DNA of 55,924 nt from an uncultured Acidimicrobiia bacterium (GCA_964195405.1 CAXMPK010000145.1:1-55924), one strand, 5' to 3'; shown: positions 8,298-19,148, numbered from the stretch's first letter. The notes: generated by a model not told the origin, from the sequence alone. Numbers and translations are program-made.

Positions 8298-9780
8298 CCC
8301 ATTGAGCTCTTTGGCGTCGGTCGTCTCCGGATGTCTCGACGGTTCAGTGGTGTCTGGGGAAATACGGATCGTCGACGTAACACATGACTCGCGGCTCGCC
8401 AGCGGCGGCACATTGTTCGTCGCGATTCGCGGGCTGGAGGTCGATGGTCACATCTTCGTCCGCGACGCTGTTGGCCGGGGCGCGACCGCCGTCTGTGTCG
8501 ACCAAAGACTGGAAGCCAACGTTCCACAGCTTGTGGTCCAGGACACTCGGCTGGCCCTTGGGCCACTGGCTGCCAGTGTTCACGAAAACCCGTCCCGTGA
8601 CATGATCGTCGTCGGCGTCACCGGGACAAACGGCAAGACAACTGTCACTCACTATGTGGAGTCTCTTGCCGGCTCAGCCGGAGTAGCAACGGGTCTCGTC
8701 GGAACCATCCACACCCGGATCGGCGACGTCACCCTGCCTGCGGTGCACACCACACCCGAGGCGTCGGACTTTCAACGACTTCTTGCCAGGATGCGAGACT
8801 CGGGCACCAGTCTGGTTGCAGCCGAAGTCTCGTCGCACGCACTGGAGCTCGGTCGGGTGAACGCCACCCGATTCGCGGTTGCCGGGTTTACCAACTTTTC
8901 CCAAGATCACCTCGATTTTCATGGGGATATGGATCGCTATCTGTCGGCAAAACGCCGTCTCTTTGAGGACTACGACATCGGCACGGCCGTCGTGAATATC
9001 GATGATCCAGCTGGAGCACAGATTGCAGAATCATTCAACGGGAACCTGCTGACCGTCGGCCAGAAAGGACATTGTCGCCACTCCGGGGTTCGCACAACCG
9101 TTGAAGGGACCACGTTCACGCTTGACACACCATGGGGGAGCGCCTCGCTGAGCGTCCCCGTCATCGGGAGGTTCAATCTTGACAACGCGGTGTTGGCCTC
9201 CGCTTGCTCGTTGGCCGCAGGCATCGATTTTGATGATGTAATAGCCGGTCTACCCGGTCTGGCCGGTGTGCCAGGGCGTTATGAGATCGTCTCAGGGGAA
9301 GATCCGATCACCGTGATAGTCGACTACGCCCACACTCCCGATGGCGTCGCCGTAGCAATTCGGGCGGCCCGGGAGTTGCACGGAAAGCGAGTGATTGTGG
9401 TGTTGGGCGCGGGGGGTGACCGAGATCGCGAGAAACGATCGTTGATGGGGGAGGCTGCCTCGTCGGCCGACATTGTCGTCATCACCTCAGACAATCCTCG
9501 TTCCGAGGAGCCTCAGGATATTGTTGCATCCGTCGTGGCCGGCCTCAATCCGTCGGTCGCTTCGATTACCGAAGTTGATCGTCACCGTGCGATCCAACAG
9601 GCGGTGTCCGCTGCCGCAGATGGCGACATAGTGCTCGTTCTGGGAAGGGGTCATGAGCCCGATCAGGACATCAACGGGGAGCAGATCCCGTTCGATGACC
9701 GGGAGGTCGCTCGTGAGGCACTTCAGCAGCATCGGAGGTCCGCCGATTTGGACACCGATTCGGGGAGCATAGGCAGGTGA
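8281..9780 (+). CDS. murE: UDP-MurNAc-dipeptide:diaminopimelate ligase MurE
   Basis: GVTGTNGKTT, TTPEA, EVSSHAL, DHLDFH, VDYAHTPD, GAGGDRD, DNPR (meso-DAP-type motif). Confidence 0.96.
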   Translation: MANSGSPLSSLASVVSGCLDGSVVSGEIRIVDVTHDSRLASGGTLFVAIRGLEVDGHIFVRDAVGRGATAVCVDQRLEANVPQLVVQDTRLALGPLAASVHENPSRDMIVVGVTGTNGKTTVTHYVESLAGSAGVATGLVGTIHTRIGDVTLPAVHTTPEASDFQRLLARMRDSGTSLVAAEVSSHALELGRVNATRFAVAGFTNFSQDHLDFHGDMDRYLSAKRRLFEDYDIGTAVVNIDDPAGAQIAESFNGNLLTVGQKGHCRHSGVRTTVEGTTFTLDTPWGSASLSVPVIGRFNLDNAVLASACSLAAGIDFDDVIAGLPGLAGVPGRYEIVSGEDPITVIVDYAHTPDGVAVAIRAARELHGKRVIVVLGAGGDRDREKRSLMGEAASSADIVVITSDNPRSEEPQDIVASVVAGLNPSVASITEVDRHRAIQQAVSAAADGDIVLVLGRGHEPDQDINGEQIPFDDREVAREALQQHRRSADLDTDSGSIGR

Positions 9781-10826
9781 TTCCCCTGCTCGTCGCAGCC
9801 GCGGTTGGTCTTCTCACCTCGATTTTCGCCACGCCTTACGCGATCCGTTTCTTCCGACGTCGTGAGATCGGCCAATTCATCCAAGAAGACATCAAAGGCC
9901 ACGCCCATAAGCAGGGAACACCAACCATGGGCGGGGTCGTCTTTGTCACCGCGGCGGTTTTCGGATGGCTTCTGGCTCACGTCCGGGTTTGGACGCCGGC
10001 CGACGGGTTCAGTCTCGAGCTGAGACCCTTCAACACCGGTGGGCTGCTCGCAGTACTCGCCCTAGTGGGGATGAGCCTGGTCGGATTGGCGGACGACTGG
10101 ACCAAGTACTCTCGGCAACGAAGCCTGGGCCTGTCCAAGATTTCGAAACTAACCGGCCAGGTCGCGATTGCCGGGGTTTTTGCATATGGAGCGACCCAGG
10201 CAGGGATTGTTACCCAGCTCTCATTTGTTCGGCCCCTGGGAATCGACCTCGGTGTCTTTTTCGTTGCCTGGGTCCTGATCATGCTCATCGGAGCAGCCAA
10301 CGGTGTGAATCTCGCCGACGGCATGGACGGGCTTGCTGCCGGCTCATCGACTCTGGTTGTTGCCTCGTACACCGTCATTGCGTTCTGGCAGTTCAGAAAT
10401 GATAGGTTCTACGATGCGGTTGACCCCCTCGAGCTGGCCATGGTCTCCGCAGCGATGTTCGGGGCCATCCTTGGGTTCCTTTGGTGGAATGCTCCTCCGG
10501 CCAAGATCTTCATGGGGGATGTCGGCAGCCAAGGGATCGGCGGTCTTCTCGCAGCGTTAGCCCTTCTAACCAACACCCAACTCCTGCTTGTCGTTCTCGG
10601 CGCAATATATGTCGCCGAGACCGTGTCGGTGATCCTCCAAGTGGCCAGTTTCAAGCTCACCGGGAAGCGGATCTTCCGGATGTCGCCGCTCCACTTCCAT
10701 TTCGATCTCGGTGGGTGGCCAGAGACCACCGTGGTTGTGCGGTTTTGGATTCTCAGCGGGATCGGGGTGGCATTGGGGCTTGGCTTCTTCTACGGGGACT
10801 TTCTCCGTCTCGAGGGAATCCTGTGA
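9777..10826 (+). CDS. mraY: Phospho-N-acetylmuramoyl-pentapeptide transferase MraY
   Basis: KQGTPTMGG, GLADD, NGVNLADGMDGL, PAKIFMGDVGS, ETVSVILQV, PLHFHF. Confidence 0.97.
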   Translation: MIPLLVAAAVGLLTSIFATPYAIRFFRRREIGQFIQEDIKGHAHKQGTPTMGGVVFVTAAVFGWLLAHVRVWTPADGFSLELRPFNTGGLLAVLALVGMSLVGLADDWTKYSRQRSLGLSKISKLTGQVAIAGVFAYGATQAGIVTQLSFVRPLGIDLGVFFVAWVLIMLIGAANGVNLADGMDGLAAGSSTLVVASYTVIAFWQFRNDRFYDAVDPLELAMVSAAMFGAILGFLWWNAPPAKIFMGDVGSQGIGGLLAALALLTNTQLLLVVLGAIYVAETVSVILQVASFKLTGKRIFRMSPLHFHFDLGGWPETTVVVRFWILSGIGVALGLGFFYGDFLRLEGIL

Positions 10827-12121
10827 CCCGTGTCCTCGTGCTCGGTGCCGGTGTGTCCGGTCTTGCAGCTGCCCGGCTGGCCCGCAAACAGGGGATGGCG
10901 GTCACTATCTACGACGAGTCGCCGGGACATCGCGGTCTTGAGCAGGGGTTCGCCGTGGCGAGCGGCGTTTGGGATCCCCAGATTCTCAACGGCATCGAGT
11001 TGGTTGTGGCTAGCCCCGGATTCTCTGAGCGAGCCCTCCCAGTCGTCGAGACCCTGGAGTCTGGGCTTCCCATTTGGAGTGAAGTCGAATTCGCTTGGCG
11101 ACACCTCAGCGCGCCGGTGGCAGCAATCACCGGCACCAATGGGAAGACGAGTGTCACCGAAGCGGCTGCGGCGATGCTGGATGCTTCGGGTCTCGATGTA
11201 TCGGCAACGGGGAACATCGGGTCGCCGTTGTCCGACTACGCCGAATCGGACGATGACGTCCTTGTGGTGGAAGTCTCCAGCTTCCAACTTCGGTTCATCG
11301 AACAATTCCATCCGGTGGCGGCAGCCATCACCAACGTTGCTGTCGACCACCTTGATTGGCATGGCTCAGAGCAGTCGTATCGCGACTCAAAGGCACGCAT
11401 ATTCATGAATCAAACAGCCAGCGATTTGCTGGTCTTCGATGCAGACGACTCAGGAGCTACTTCCCTTGCCGGGCATGCTCTCTCCGAGCTTTATCCGGTG
11501 TCAGGGCTGAACAGACCGGTTGGAGGTGGCGGGCCCGAGGACGACATGCTTGTCGTTGGTGACCTGACGATCGACCTTGTCGATATCCCGTCACAGGATC
11601 CGAGTCATCTTGCCAATATCACGGTCGCCGCGGCGCTGGCGTTGAAGATGGGCGCTTCCGAAGAGGGTGTTGTTCGAGCCGCGACCACCTATCTTCCGGG
11701 TGTCCACCGCCGGTCGTTGATAGCTACCACATCGGACGGGGTCGTCTGGATCGACGACTCAAAGGCGACGAATCCCCATGCTGCGCTGGCCTCGATTCGA
11801 GTGCACGAATCGGTGGTGCTCATTGCGGGGGGCTTGGCCAAGGGACTCGACATACTGCCTCTTGCTCAGGAATCGAACGTCCGACTGCTGTTCGGGATCG
11901 GGGAAAGTGGCCGCGATCTGGCTGAGGCCGCTGGGGAGAGAGGAAGATATGCCGGAACTCTCGAAGTAGCCGTAGAGATGGCCGCTCAGCTTGCAGGCCC
12001 TGGGGACACAATCTTGTTGGCACCGGGTTCTGCCAGCTTTGACCAATTCGAATCTTATGCCGCTCGTGGCGATCGGTTCGCCGAGCTGGCAAGCGAGCAG
12101 ACGAGAGGGCAGACCAAATGA
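10823..12121 (+). CDS. murD: UDP-MurNAc-L-Ala:D-Glu ligase MurD
   Basis: GTG 10823 overlaps the mraY stop. VLGAGVSG, SPG, ITGTNGKT, EVSSFQL, DHLDWH, DDSKATN, LAPGSASFDQF..Y..RG. Confidence 0.96.
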   Translation: MTRVLVLGAGVSGLAAARLARKQGMAVTIYDESPGHRGLEQGFAVASGVWDPQILNGIELVVASPGFSERALPVVETLESGLPIWSEVEFAWRHLSAPVAAITGTNGKTSVTEAAAAMLDASGLDVSATGNIGSPLSDYAESDDDVLVVEVSSFQLRFIEQFHPVAAAITNVAVDHLDWHGSEQSYRDSKARIFMNQTASDLLVFDADDSGATSLAGHALSELYPVSGLNRPVGGGGPEDDMLVVGDLTIDLVDIPSQDPSHLANITVAAALALKMGASEEGVVRAATTYLPGVHRRSLIATTSDGVVWIDDSKATNPHAALASIRVHESVVLIAGGLAKGLDILPLAQESNVRLLFGIGESGRDLAEAAGERGRYAGTLEVAVEMAAQLAGPGDTILLAPGSASFDQFESYAARGDRFAELASEQTRGQTK

Positions 12122-13281
12122 CGGCGAACGTCACCTCGATCTCGAAGGTCAGGGCTGCTGCTCGGGACCGGGCCGAGCTCCTGAGGGCAAACAACCGGAC
12201 AGCCACAACACTCCTCGTCTTGGTGGTCGTTCTGGTTGTCATCGGACTGGGGGCGACCCAGTCGGCGTCCTCGGTGGTTGCTGTTGACCAGACCGACGAC
12301 CAGCTCTATTTTTTCAAACGCCAACTGATGGGCGTGGGGTTGGGAACTCTCGCGTTGTTGGCTACCAGCCGAATTCCGTATCGCTTCTATAGGAAAGTGG
12401 CGGTGCCGGCGTACCTGGCCACGGTCGGGCTTCTCATCGCGGTTCTGGTTGTTGGCCCTGAGGTGGGAGGCGCAAAACGATGGCTGCCCCTTCCATTTGT
12501 GAGGTTCCAGCCGTCCGAGTTGGCCAAGGTTGCAGTCGTGTTTGTGCTCGCCTATCTCTTCGAGAGGAAACACAAGCTGCTCAATCAGTTCGGGCACTTC
12601 ATCGTGCCCGTTCTCGCCACTGTCGGAGTCATCGGTGTTTTGGTCATGAGACAACCGGATCTGGGCACGACGATCGTCATTGGCGCCGCCGCGATGGCAG
12701 TGATCATCGCCAGCGACGCGCCGCTCAAATGGGTAGGTCTGCTCGGTCTAGCCGTCGTTGGCGTCGTGACTTTTCTCGCGTTTGACGAGACATATCGAGC
12801 GGAGCGCATCGAAGGGTTTCTCGATCCGTACGCCGACTCCTCCGGCAACGGGTATCAGGTGATCCAGGGGTACTACGCCCTCGGCAACGGCGGGATTTTT
12901 GGTGTCGGATTGGGAGCGAGTCGGGCGCGTTGGCTCTACCTACCCAACGCCCACACCGACTTCATCTTTGCGATTATCGGCGAGGAGACCGGGTTGATCG
13001 GCGGTCTCACGGTCCTTGGTCTCTTTATCGTTTTGGCCCTTGCAGGCTGGATGGTGGCCTCACGGGCGCCTGACCGCTTCGGTCGGATGGTCGCCGCCGG
13101 GATCACCGTCTGGCTCTCCTTCCAAGCGCTGGTGAATATCGGCGGAGTGCTCGGCGTGCTCCCAATCACCGGGATCGCCCTCCCGTTTGTCTCCTTTGGA
13201 TCCACAGCATTGATCGTGTCGATGGCTGCCATGGGAATTCTTGTGAACATTGCACAGAGCGGAGTGCAGCGAAAGCTATGA
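12118..13281 (+). CDS. ftsW: Peptidoglycan polymerase FtsW (SEDS family)
   Basis: GAKRW, FQPSELAK, QPDLGT, LPNAHTDFIFAIIGEE, TGIALPFVSFG. Confidence 0.96.
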   Translation: MTANVTSISKVRAAARDRAELLRANNRTATTLLVLVVVLVVIGLGATQSASSVVAVDQTDDQLYFFKRQLMGVGLGTLALLATSRIPYRFYRKVAVPAYLATVGLLIAVLVVGPEVGGAKRWLPLPFVRFQPSELAKVAVVFVLAYLFERKHKLLNQFGHFIVPVLATVGVIGVLVMRQPDLGTTIVIGAAAMAVIIASDAPLKWVGLLGLAVVGVVTFLAFDETYRAERIEGFLDPYADSSGNGYQVIQGYYALGNGGIFGVGLGASRARWLYLPNAHTDFIFAIIGEETGLIGGLTVLGLFIVLALAGWMVASRAPDRFGRMVAAGITVWLSFQALVNIGGVLGVLPITGIALPFVSFGSTALIVSMAAMGILVNIAQSGVQRKL

Positions 13282-14351
13282 CCTTTCTGATTGCGGCAGC
13301 CGGGACCGGAGGACACGTCTTCCCCGGCCTTTCGGTTGCTGAGGCTCTCATCGATCTGGGAGTGCCACGTTCGGACGTCCTCTTCGTCGGTGGTTCTCGA
13401 CTCGAGGCACAGGTGTACCCGGGGGAAGGATTTCGCTTTCTTCAGATTGAGCTCCGGGGTCTTCAACGCTCGTTGTCACTCCAGAACATCACTCTTCCAT
13501 GGGTGGTAGTGAAGGCGAGGCGTCGGATCCAGAAGGCCATCGAGGAGAGCCGGGTTCGGGCTGTGCTCGGAATGGGTGGCTATGTGACTGTTCCGGCGGG
13601 ATTGGCTGCCAGGCGGACCCAGGTTCCATTTCTGAATTCGGAGCAGAACGCAGAGGCAGGTCTTGCCAATCGACTCATGGCTCGGTGGGCCATCCGATCG
13701 TTCACCTCGTTTCCCGAGACCGTCGGTTTACCCGACGCCGAATGGGTGGGAAACCCGGTTCGTGAGCCATTTTGGTCGTTCGATCGCACCACTCTCCACC
13801 GTGACGCAATCGCTCGTTTCGGACTGCGCACCGACAGCCCTGTGTTGGGTGTGTTCGGCGGATCGCTTGGCGCCGGAGTGCTCAACGAGGCTGCGCTGAC
13901 ACTGGCCAGAGAGGGAGTCGGCCGCCCACTCCAGATCCTTCATCTGACTGGAGACCAGCACCTGAATTCGATCCGGGCAGCGATCCCGGCGGAGGATATC
14001 CGCTGGACGAGGATTGGCTTCGAAGAGAGCATGGAGATGTTCTATGCGGCGTGCGATCTAGTAGTGGCTCGTGCCGGGGGAGCAGTCGCAGAACTAACAG
14101 CAACCGGGACGCCCTCGATCCTTGTTCCCGGGGAATTTGGCTCAACTGGGCACCAGAAGGGCAACGCTCGTTACCTAACCCGCGCTGGTGCGGCAATAAC
14201 CTTGCCAGAGGCAGAGCTAGCTCGTTTGGGAGAAGTCATCACCGGTTGTTTGTTCGATTCTGGCCAATTGGAAGCCATGCGAACGGCAGCCACTCTGATC
14301 GCCAGGCCTGACGCGGCACGAGCGGTTGCTCGGGCGATGATGGAGGCCTGA
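13278..14351 (+). CDS. murG: Lipid II GlcNAc transferase MurG
   Basis: AGTGGHVFPG, GMGGY, EQN...G.ANR, GNPVR, FGGSLGA, RAG. Confidence 0.95.
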   Translation: MTFLIAAAGTGGHVFPGLSVAEALIDLGVPRSDVLFVGGSRLEAQVYPGEGFRFLQIELRGLQRSLSLQNITLPWVVVKARRRIQKAIEESRVRAVLGMGGYVTVPAGLAARRTQVPFLNSEQNAEAGLANRLMARWAIRSFTSFPETVGLPDAEWVGNPVREPFWSFDRTTLHRDAIARFGLRTDSPVLGVFGGSLGAGVLNEAALTLAREGVGRPLQILHLTGDQHLNSIRAAIPAEDIRWTRIGFEESMEMFYAACDLVVARAGGAVAELTATGTPSILVPGEFGSTGHQKGNARYLTRAGAAITLPEAELARLGEVITGCLFDSGQLEAMRTAATLIARPDAARAVARAMMEA

Positions 14352-15709
14352 TGAGTATCCCGTTTCGAAGAATTCACATCGTCGGCGCCGGTGGTGCCGG
14401 GATGAGTGCTCTCGCGAAGATCCTGCTGGCGCGGGGTCACGAGGTCTCCGGCTCGGATCTAAGAGGTGGTGCAACGCTCGAGGCGCTTTCGGACCTCGGA
14501 GCCATTGTCTTCACGGGACACAATCCTGCAGTGGCCCAAAAAGCTGATCTGGTTGTGGCATCTTCGGCTGTTCCCGAGTTTGACGAGGAACTCGAGGCGG
14601 CGCGAGTGGCTGGGCTTCCCGTATGGCGAAGGCCTCAATTGCTCGATGCTCTCACCACGAAGATTCCGACGCTTGGTGCGACTGGAACACACGGGAAAAC
14701 CACCACCACAGCTCTCCTCGTCACTGCCCTCAGGGCCGGCGGGTACGACCCCTCGTTTGTCGTGGGCGGCGAGATAAGTGAACTCGGTACCAACGGTCAT
14801 CTAGGAACCACCGACTTGCTGGTCATTGAGGCGGATGAGGCCTTCAGGACGTTCGAAAGCATCAACCTCAACGGTCTGGTCATCACAAACATTGAGCCAG
14901 AGCATCTCGAGCATTTCGGCACGCGTGGTGATCTACTGGACAGTTTCGCGGCCGTTGCCAGGTCCGTTGAGGGGCCGGTGCTTGCCTGTGCCGACGACGA
15001 GGGATCCGCGACAGTCTCCCAACGCGCGGGTACATCGACTTACGGGTTCTCGGTCGACTCCGATTGGCAGCTCTCAGGTCTCATCGAGTCGCCTGATGGG
15101 TTGCTATTTTCCCTGAGATCCTCTGAGTTCAACGTCGATGTCCGTCTTCCGTATCCCGGAAAACATGTGGCCCTCAATGCTGCCGGAGCCCTAGCCCTAC
15201 TCGCTGAGTCGGGATATGACCTTGATGATGCATCCCAGGGTCTAGCGGAATTCAAAGGTGTGGCACGCCGTTGGGATAATCGAGGGACAGTGGCCGGTGT
15301 GACTCTTGTCGACGACTACGCCCACCATCCGACCGAAGTCAGGGCGACTCTAGAGGCGGCCCGATCCGCGGCCCCGGGTAAGGTCTGGGCGGTCTTCCAA
15401 CCCCATCTCTACTCGAGAACCGAACGCTTCTACCGGGAGTTTGCGGAGTCACTCCGTCTGGCTGACGAGATCGTCGTGACAGACATATACGGGGCCAGAG
15501 AAGAACCAGTTCCCGGAATAACCGGTGAGCTGATTGCCGACTCCGCCATAGATCTCGGTGCCACGGTTCACTATGTCCCTCATCGGGTGGACCTTGTGTC
15601 TTTTCTCCTCCCACGACTCGAGGACGGGGACATGGTTCTCTCTATGGGTGCAGGCGACATCACGCTTCTCCATGGGGAGCTCGCGTCTCGACTGGCTGAG
15701 ACATCATGA
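14351..15709 (+). CDS. murC: UDP-MurNAc:L-alanine ligase MurC
   Basis: IHIVGAGGAGMSALA, GTHGKTTTT, EADE, DDYAHHPTEV, FQPHLYSRT. Confidence 0.97.
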   Translation: MSIPFRRIHIVGAGGAGMSALAKILLARGHEVSGSDLRGGATLEALSDLGAIVFTGHNPAVAQKADLVVASSAVPEFDEELEAARVAGLPVWRRPQLLDALTTKIPTLGATGTHGKTTTTALLVTALRAGGYDPSFVVGGEISELGTNGHLGTTDLLVIEADEAFRTFESINLNGLVITNIEPEHLEHFGTRGDLLDSFAAVARSVEGPVLACADDEGSATVSQRAGTSTYGFSVDSDWQLSGLIESPDGLLFSLRSSEFNVDVRLPYPGKHVALNAAGALALLAESGYDLDDASQGLAEFKGVARRWDNRGTVAGVTLVDDYAHHPTEVRATLEAARSAAPGKVWAVFQPHLYSRTERFYREFAESLRLADEIVVTDIYGAREEPVPGITGELIADSAIDLGATVHYVPHRVDLVSFLLPRLEDGDMVLSMGAGDITLLHGELASRLAETS

Positions 15710-16602
15710 TCTCCGTCGAGAGTCTGGTCGAGGTTGGATTGCTGCAACGCGATATTCCTCTTGGCCCGTTCACCACCTACAAGTCGGGAGGGCCGGCGAG
15801 ATGGTTTGCCGAACTTCGAACGCACGACGATCTAGATCGACTGATCTCGTCCGAAATCGTTTCCCAGCCCGAGATCTTGGTTCTCGGGCGCGGCTCGAAC
15901 CTGGTGGTTGCCGATCAGGGTTTTCCCGGTTTGGTGATCCGACTTGGAGGTGAGTTCGCAGAGATCGAGTTTGAGGGCCATCAAGTGGCTGCCGGGTCGG
16001 CCGTTCCACTTCCCCGTCTTGCTCGGGCGAGTGTGGAGGCAGGAATCGCCGGTCTCGAGTTCTTCGTTGGCATTCCGGGATCGGTGGGTGGAGCTGTGCG
16101 TCAGAACGCCGGCTGTTTTGGATCCGAGACCAGGGACCGTCTTTTGTCGGCGGAGATCTTTGATCTCCGCACCGGTGAGGCCCGTTCGGCGGGGCCGGAC
16201 GAACTCAATCACGGTTATCGAACCTCGAATGTCGCTCCCAACGAATTGGTCACCTCGGCAAGGTTTGAGGGGAGTTCGGGCTCAGTGGAGCAAGGCAAAG
16301 CCGAGCTCCTAAGTATCACGCGGTGGCGTAAGGAGCATCAGCCCGGCGGGACGCTCAACGCTGGGAGCGTCTTCAAGAACCCGCCCCACATGTCAGCCGG
16401 GGAACTCATCGACACACTTGGCTTGAAGGGTTTGTCAGTGGGGGCCGTTTCGGTGTCAAACAAACACGCCAATTTCTTCGTGGCGGGGCCAACCGCCACG
16501 TCCAGCGAGATACTCGCCTTGACCGAGCTGATGAAAAGCCGGGTCTTCGAGATGAGCGGGACCATGCTGGAGCTTGAGATTCAGTTCGTGGGGTTTGAGT
16601 GA
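15706..16602 (+). CDS. murB: UDP-N-acetylenolpyruvoylglucosamine reductase MurB
   Basis: TTYKSGGPA, LGRGSNL, GIPGSVGGA...NAG, NAGSVFKNP, KHANF. Confidence 0.96.
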   Translation: MISVESLVEVGLLQRDIPLGPFTTYKSGGPARWFAELRTHDDLDRLISSEIVSQPEILVLGRGSNLVVADQGFPGLVIRLGGEFAEIEFEGHQVAAGSAVPLPRLARASVEAGIAGLEFFVGIPGSVGGAVRQNAGCFGSETRDRLLSAEIFDLRTGEARSAGPDELNHGYRTSNVAPNELVTSARFEGSSGSVEQGKAELLSITRWRKEHQPGGTLNAGSVFKNPPHMSAGELIDTLGLKGLSVGAVSVSNKHANFFVAGPTATSSEILALTELMKSRVFEMSGTMLELEIQFVGFE

Positions 16603-17387
16603 TGAGCATCGATCCAAGGCTGTTGGAACGAAGAAGAGAAGTCGCGGAAGATCGTGCCCATCGCAACGTGGGCCGTCTTCTCAGGTTTCTCATAGTCCTG
16701 ACCTTGGCCGCTGCTGTTGCCTGGCTGGCATTCTCGCCGTGGCTCAGCGTAAGTCAGGTGAGAACCGCCGGGATCTCTGTCAGTGGTGCGAATGCGATTC
16801 TCTCGGAGGAAGGAGTCGTGGCCGGAACTCCCATGATCATGCTTCGGGCCCGAGCCGTTGAGGAGAAACTCCTTGACGATCCTTGGATCAGCGACGCACG
16901 TATTCATCTCGATTGGCCAAACGAAGTGATAGTGGGTGTTGTCGAGCGGGTCCCCGTTGCGTGGGTGCAGACGGCTGATGGTTGGACACGTCGTTCACTC
17001 GATGGCGCATCGCTTCCCGGCGGCTCAGTCCCCGACGAATCATTGCCCAAGGCGATCTTGCCGGCGGTTGGGGGACCTGAAGCATCGACGTCGCCGTTGG
17101 TGCTTGGGTCCGTTGAGTTTTACACTGCTCTTCCCACCAGTCTCTGGCCTTCATCAGTGATCAGGGTGGAATCTGGGGAGCTGTGGGCGACGGTTGATGG
17201 CTACGACGTTCGGCTTGGGCGTCCTGTGGAGATGGAGGCCAAGGCCGCAACCCTGGTTGTGATGCTCGCGGAGTCGATACCCACCGGTGCCGTCATCGTT
17301 TTAATCGCTCCCACTCATCCTGCGATCAGTCCGGTGCCCGTCGGCATCGGCGAAGAGCAGTCTGGAGAGGGAGATGGTCAACCATAA
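16602..17387 (+). CDS. ftsQ: Cell division protein FtsQ/DivIB
   Basis: Basic N-terminus, one TM helix, POTRA-like region (PWISDARI..DWPN...V.VVER.P); lies just before ftsZ. Confidence 0.88.
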   Translation: MSIDPRLLERRREVAEDRAHRNVGRLLRFLIVLTLAAAVAWLAFSPWLSVSQVRTAGISVSGANAILSEEGVVAGTPMIMLRARAVEEKLLDDPWISDARIHLDWPNEVIVGVVERVPVAWVQTADGWTRRSLDGASLPGGSVPDESLPKAILPAVGGPEASTSPLVLGSVEFYTALPTSLWPSSVIRVESGELWATVDGYDVRLGRPVEMEAKAATLVVMLAESIPTGAVIVLIAPTHPAISPVPVGIGEEQSGEGDGQP

Positions 17388-17484
17388 GGGTCTACTAAAG
17401 CCTTATACATTGGGGGTTTACTTAGTGCACCGACAACGGTAAACCTCTACTTTAGCTTTTGATTTCTCTGAGTGGAGGTTGTCT

Positions 17485-18531
17485 GTGAGTAATCCAACTG
17501 GCGGCTACATGGCCGTTATCAAGGTGATTGGTATTGGTGGTGGTGGGGTCAATGCCATCAACCGCATGGTCGAAGCCGGCGTTCGTGGGGTGGAGTTCAT
17601 CGCACTCAACACTGACGCACAGGCGCTGTTGATGAGTGACGCCGATGTGAAGCTCGACATTGGGCGCGAGGTGACCCGTGGTCTTGGAGCAGGTGCCAAC
17701 CCCGAGATTGGGAGGGCGGCCGCCGAGGAGCACCGCGCCGAACTGGAGGAGGCCATCAAGGGCTCCGACATGGTGTTTATCACCGCAGGCGAAGGCGGTG
17801 GCACCGGAACAGGCGGCGCTCCGATCATCGCCGAGGTGTCCCGTTCGGTAGGTGCCCTCACGGTTGGTGTGGTTACCCGTCCGTTTGGCTTTGAGGGACG
17901 TCGTCGTGCCGTGCACGCCGAGCAGGGTATTGAAGCTCTCAAAGAGGCCGTCGACACCTTGATCGTCATTCCAAACGATCGTCTGCTCGACGTCGGAGAC
18001 CCCGAAGCTCCGATGGCAGAGACGTTTCGTCTTGCTGACGAGGTCTTGATGAGCGGGGTGACCGGAATCACGGATCTGATCACAACCCCCGGTCTCATCA
18101 ACGTCGACTTCGCAGACGTCAGGACAATCATGTCCGACGCTGGGTCAGCTGTGATGGGGATTGGTCGGGCGACAGGCGAGAATCGCGCCAAGCAGGCGGC
18201 AGAGCGGGCGATCTCCTCTCCGATGCTGGAGAACTCGATGGACGGGGCCAAAGGCGTTCTGCTTTCGGTATCGGGCCCTTCATCGATGACATTGCACGAG
18301 GCGACCGAGGCGGCCCGTGTCGTCTCTGATCATGCCGACGGTGAGGCGGACATCATCTTCGGGGCCATCATCGATGACGACCTTGGCGAAGAGATGAAGA
18401 TCACTGTGATCGCCGCAGGTTTCGAGGGACGTCGACGACCCAACCGTCAGACCAGTAGCGGTGCCGCGGATCCAGTTTCGTCAGTGGTTGGCGACGACCC
18501 ACTCGACATCCCTAGCTTCGTTCAAGGATGA
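17485..18531 (+). CDS. ftsZ: Cell division protein FtsZ
   Basis: [26 protein letters not shown] tubulin signature, C-terminal LDIPSF. Start chosen at GTG 17485, 6 nt after GGAGG; TTG 17479 is the alternative. Confidence 0.98.
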   Translation: MSNPTGGYMAVIKVIGIGGGGVNAINRMVEAGVRGVEFIALNTDAQALLMSDADVKLDIGREVTRGLGAGANPEIGRAAAEEHRAELEEAIKGSDMVFITAGEGGGTGTGGAPIIAEVSRSVGALTVGVVTRPFGFEGRRRAVHAEQGIEALKEAVDTLIVIPNDRLLDVGDPEAPMAETFRLADEVLMSGVTGITDLITTPGLINVDFADVRTIMSDAGSAVMGIGRATGENRAKQAAERAISSPMLENSMDGAKGVLLSVSGPSSMTLHEATEAARVVSDHADGEADIIFGAIIDDDLGEEMKITVIAAGFEGRRRPNRQTSSGAADPVSSVVGDDPLDIPSFVQG

Positions 18532-19148
18532 TCATTCCTCCCTTGTCGGGAGGAATGTCGTTCACTGAAGCCATCGATGGGGATATGCGACACGACCCCA
18601 ACGCATGCCAGCGACTGAGCCTCGCGTGTCACATCGCCGATCAGTGGGCAACGGTGCGTCAAGAACATGGAGCTGTTGTGCACCGGGTCGAGCGAGCCGG
18701 TCGCGCCGGCGCCGGTGACGCCCTGTGGACCACTGCCGCCGATGTTCCCCTTGTTGTCTTCACCGCGGACTGCGTGGGTGTGATAGTCCGGTCAGACGAC
18801 GCTGTCGGTGTGGCCCATGCCGGTTGGAGGGGTGTCATTGCCGGCGTCGTCACCGAATTGAGAGAAGCAATGGACAAGGCGGGACATCCACCGGTCAGGG
18901 CCGCCATCGGGCCCGGGATAGGTCCCTGTTGTTTCGAGGTCGGTCCAGAAGTTGCCGACCAGTTTCCCCAAGCCACGAGTGAGACTACGTGGGGCACGGT
19001 TTCGGTCGACCTCAAGTCTGCGATTGGGCGCCAACTCGATGGCATCGAAACTTGGGTTGCCGATGGCTGTACTCGTCATCAGCCAGGGTGGTTTAGCCAT
19101 CGAAGAGACGAGACCCGTTCACGGTTGGCAACTGTTGGCTGGATCTGA
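18528..19148 (+). CDS. pgeF: Peptidoglycan editing factor / purine nucleoside phosphorylase PgeF (YfiH/YlmD family)
   Basis: [38 protein letters not shown]. Confidence 0.92.
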   Translation: MIIPPLSGGMSFTEAIDGDMRHDPNACQRLSLACHIADQWATVRQEHGAVVHRVERAGRAGAGDALWTTAADVPLVVFTADCVGVIVRSDDAVGVAHAGWRGVIAGVVTELREAMDKAGHPPVRAAIGPGIGPCCFEVGPEVADQFPQATSETTWGTVSVDLKSAIGRQLDGIETWVADGCTRHQPGWFSHRRDETRSRLATVGWI

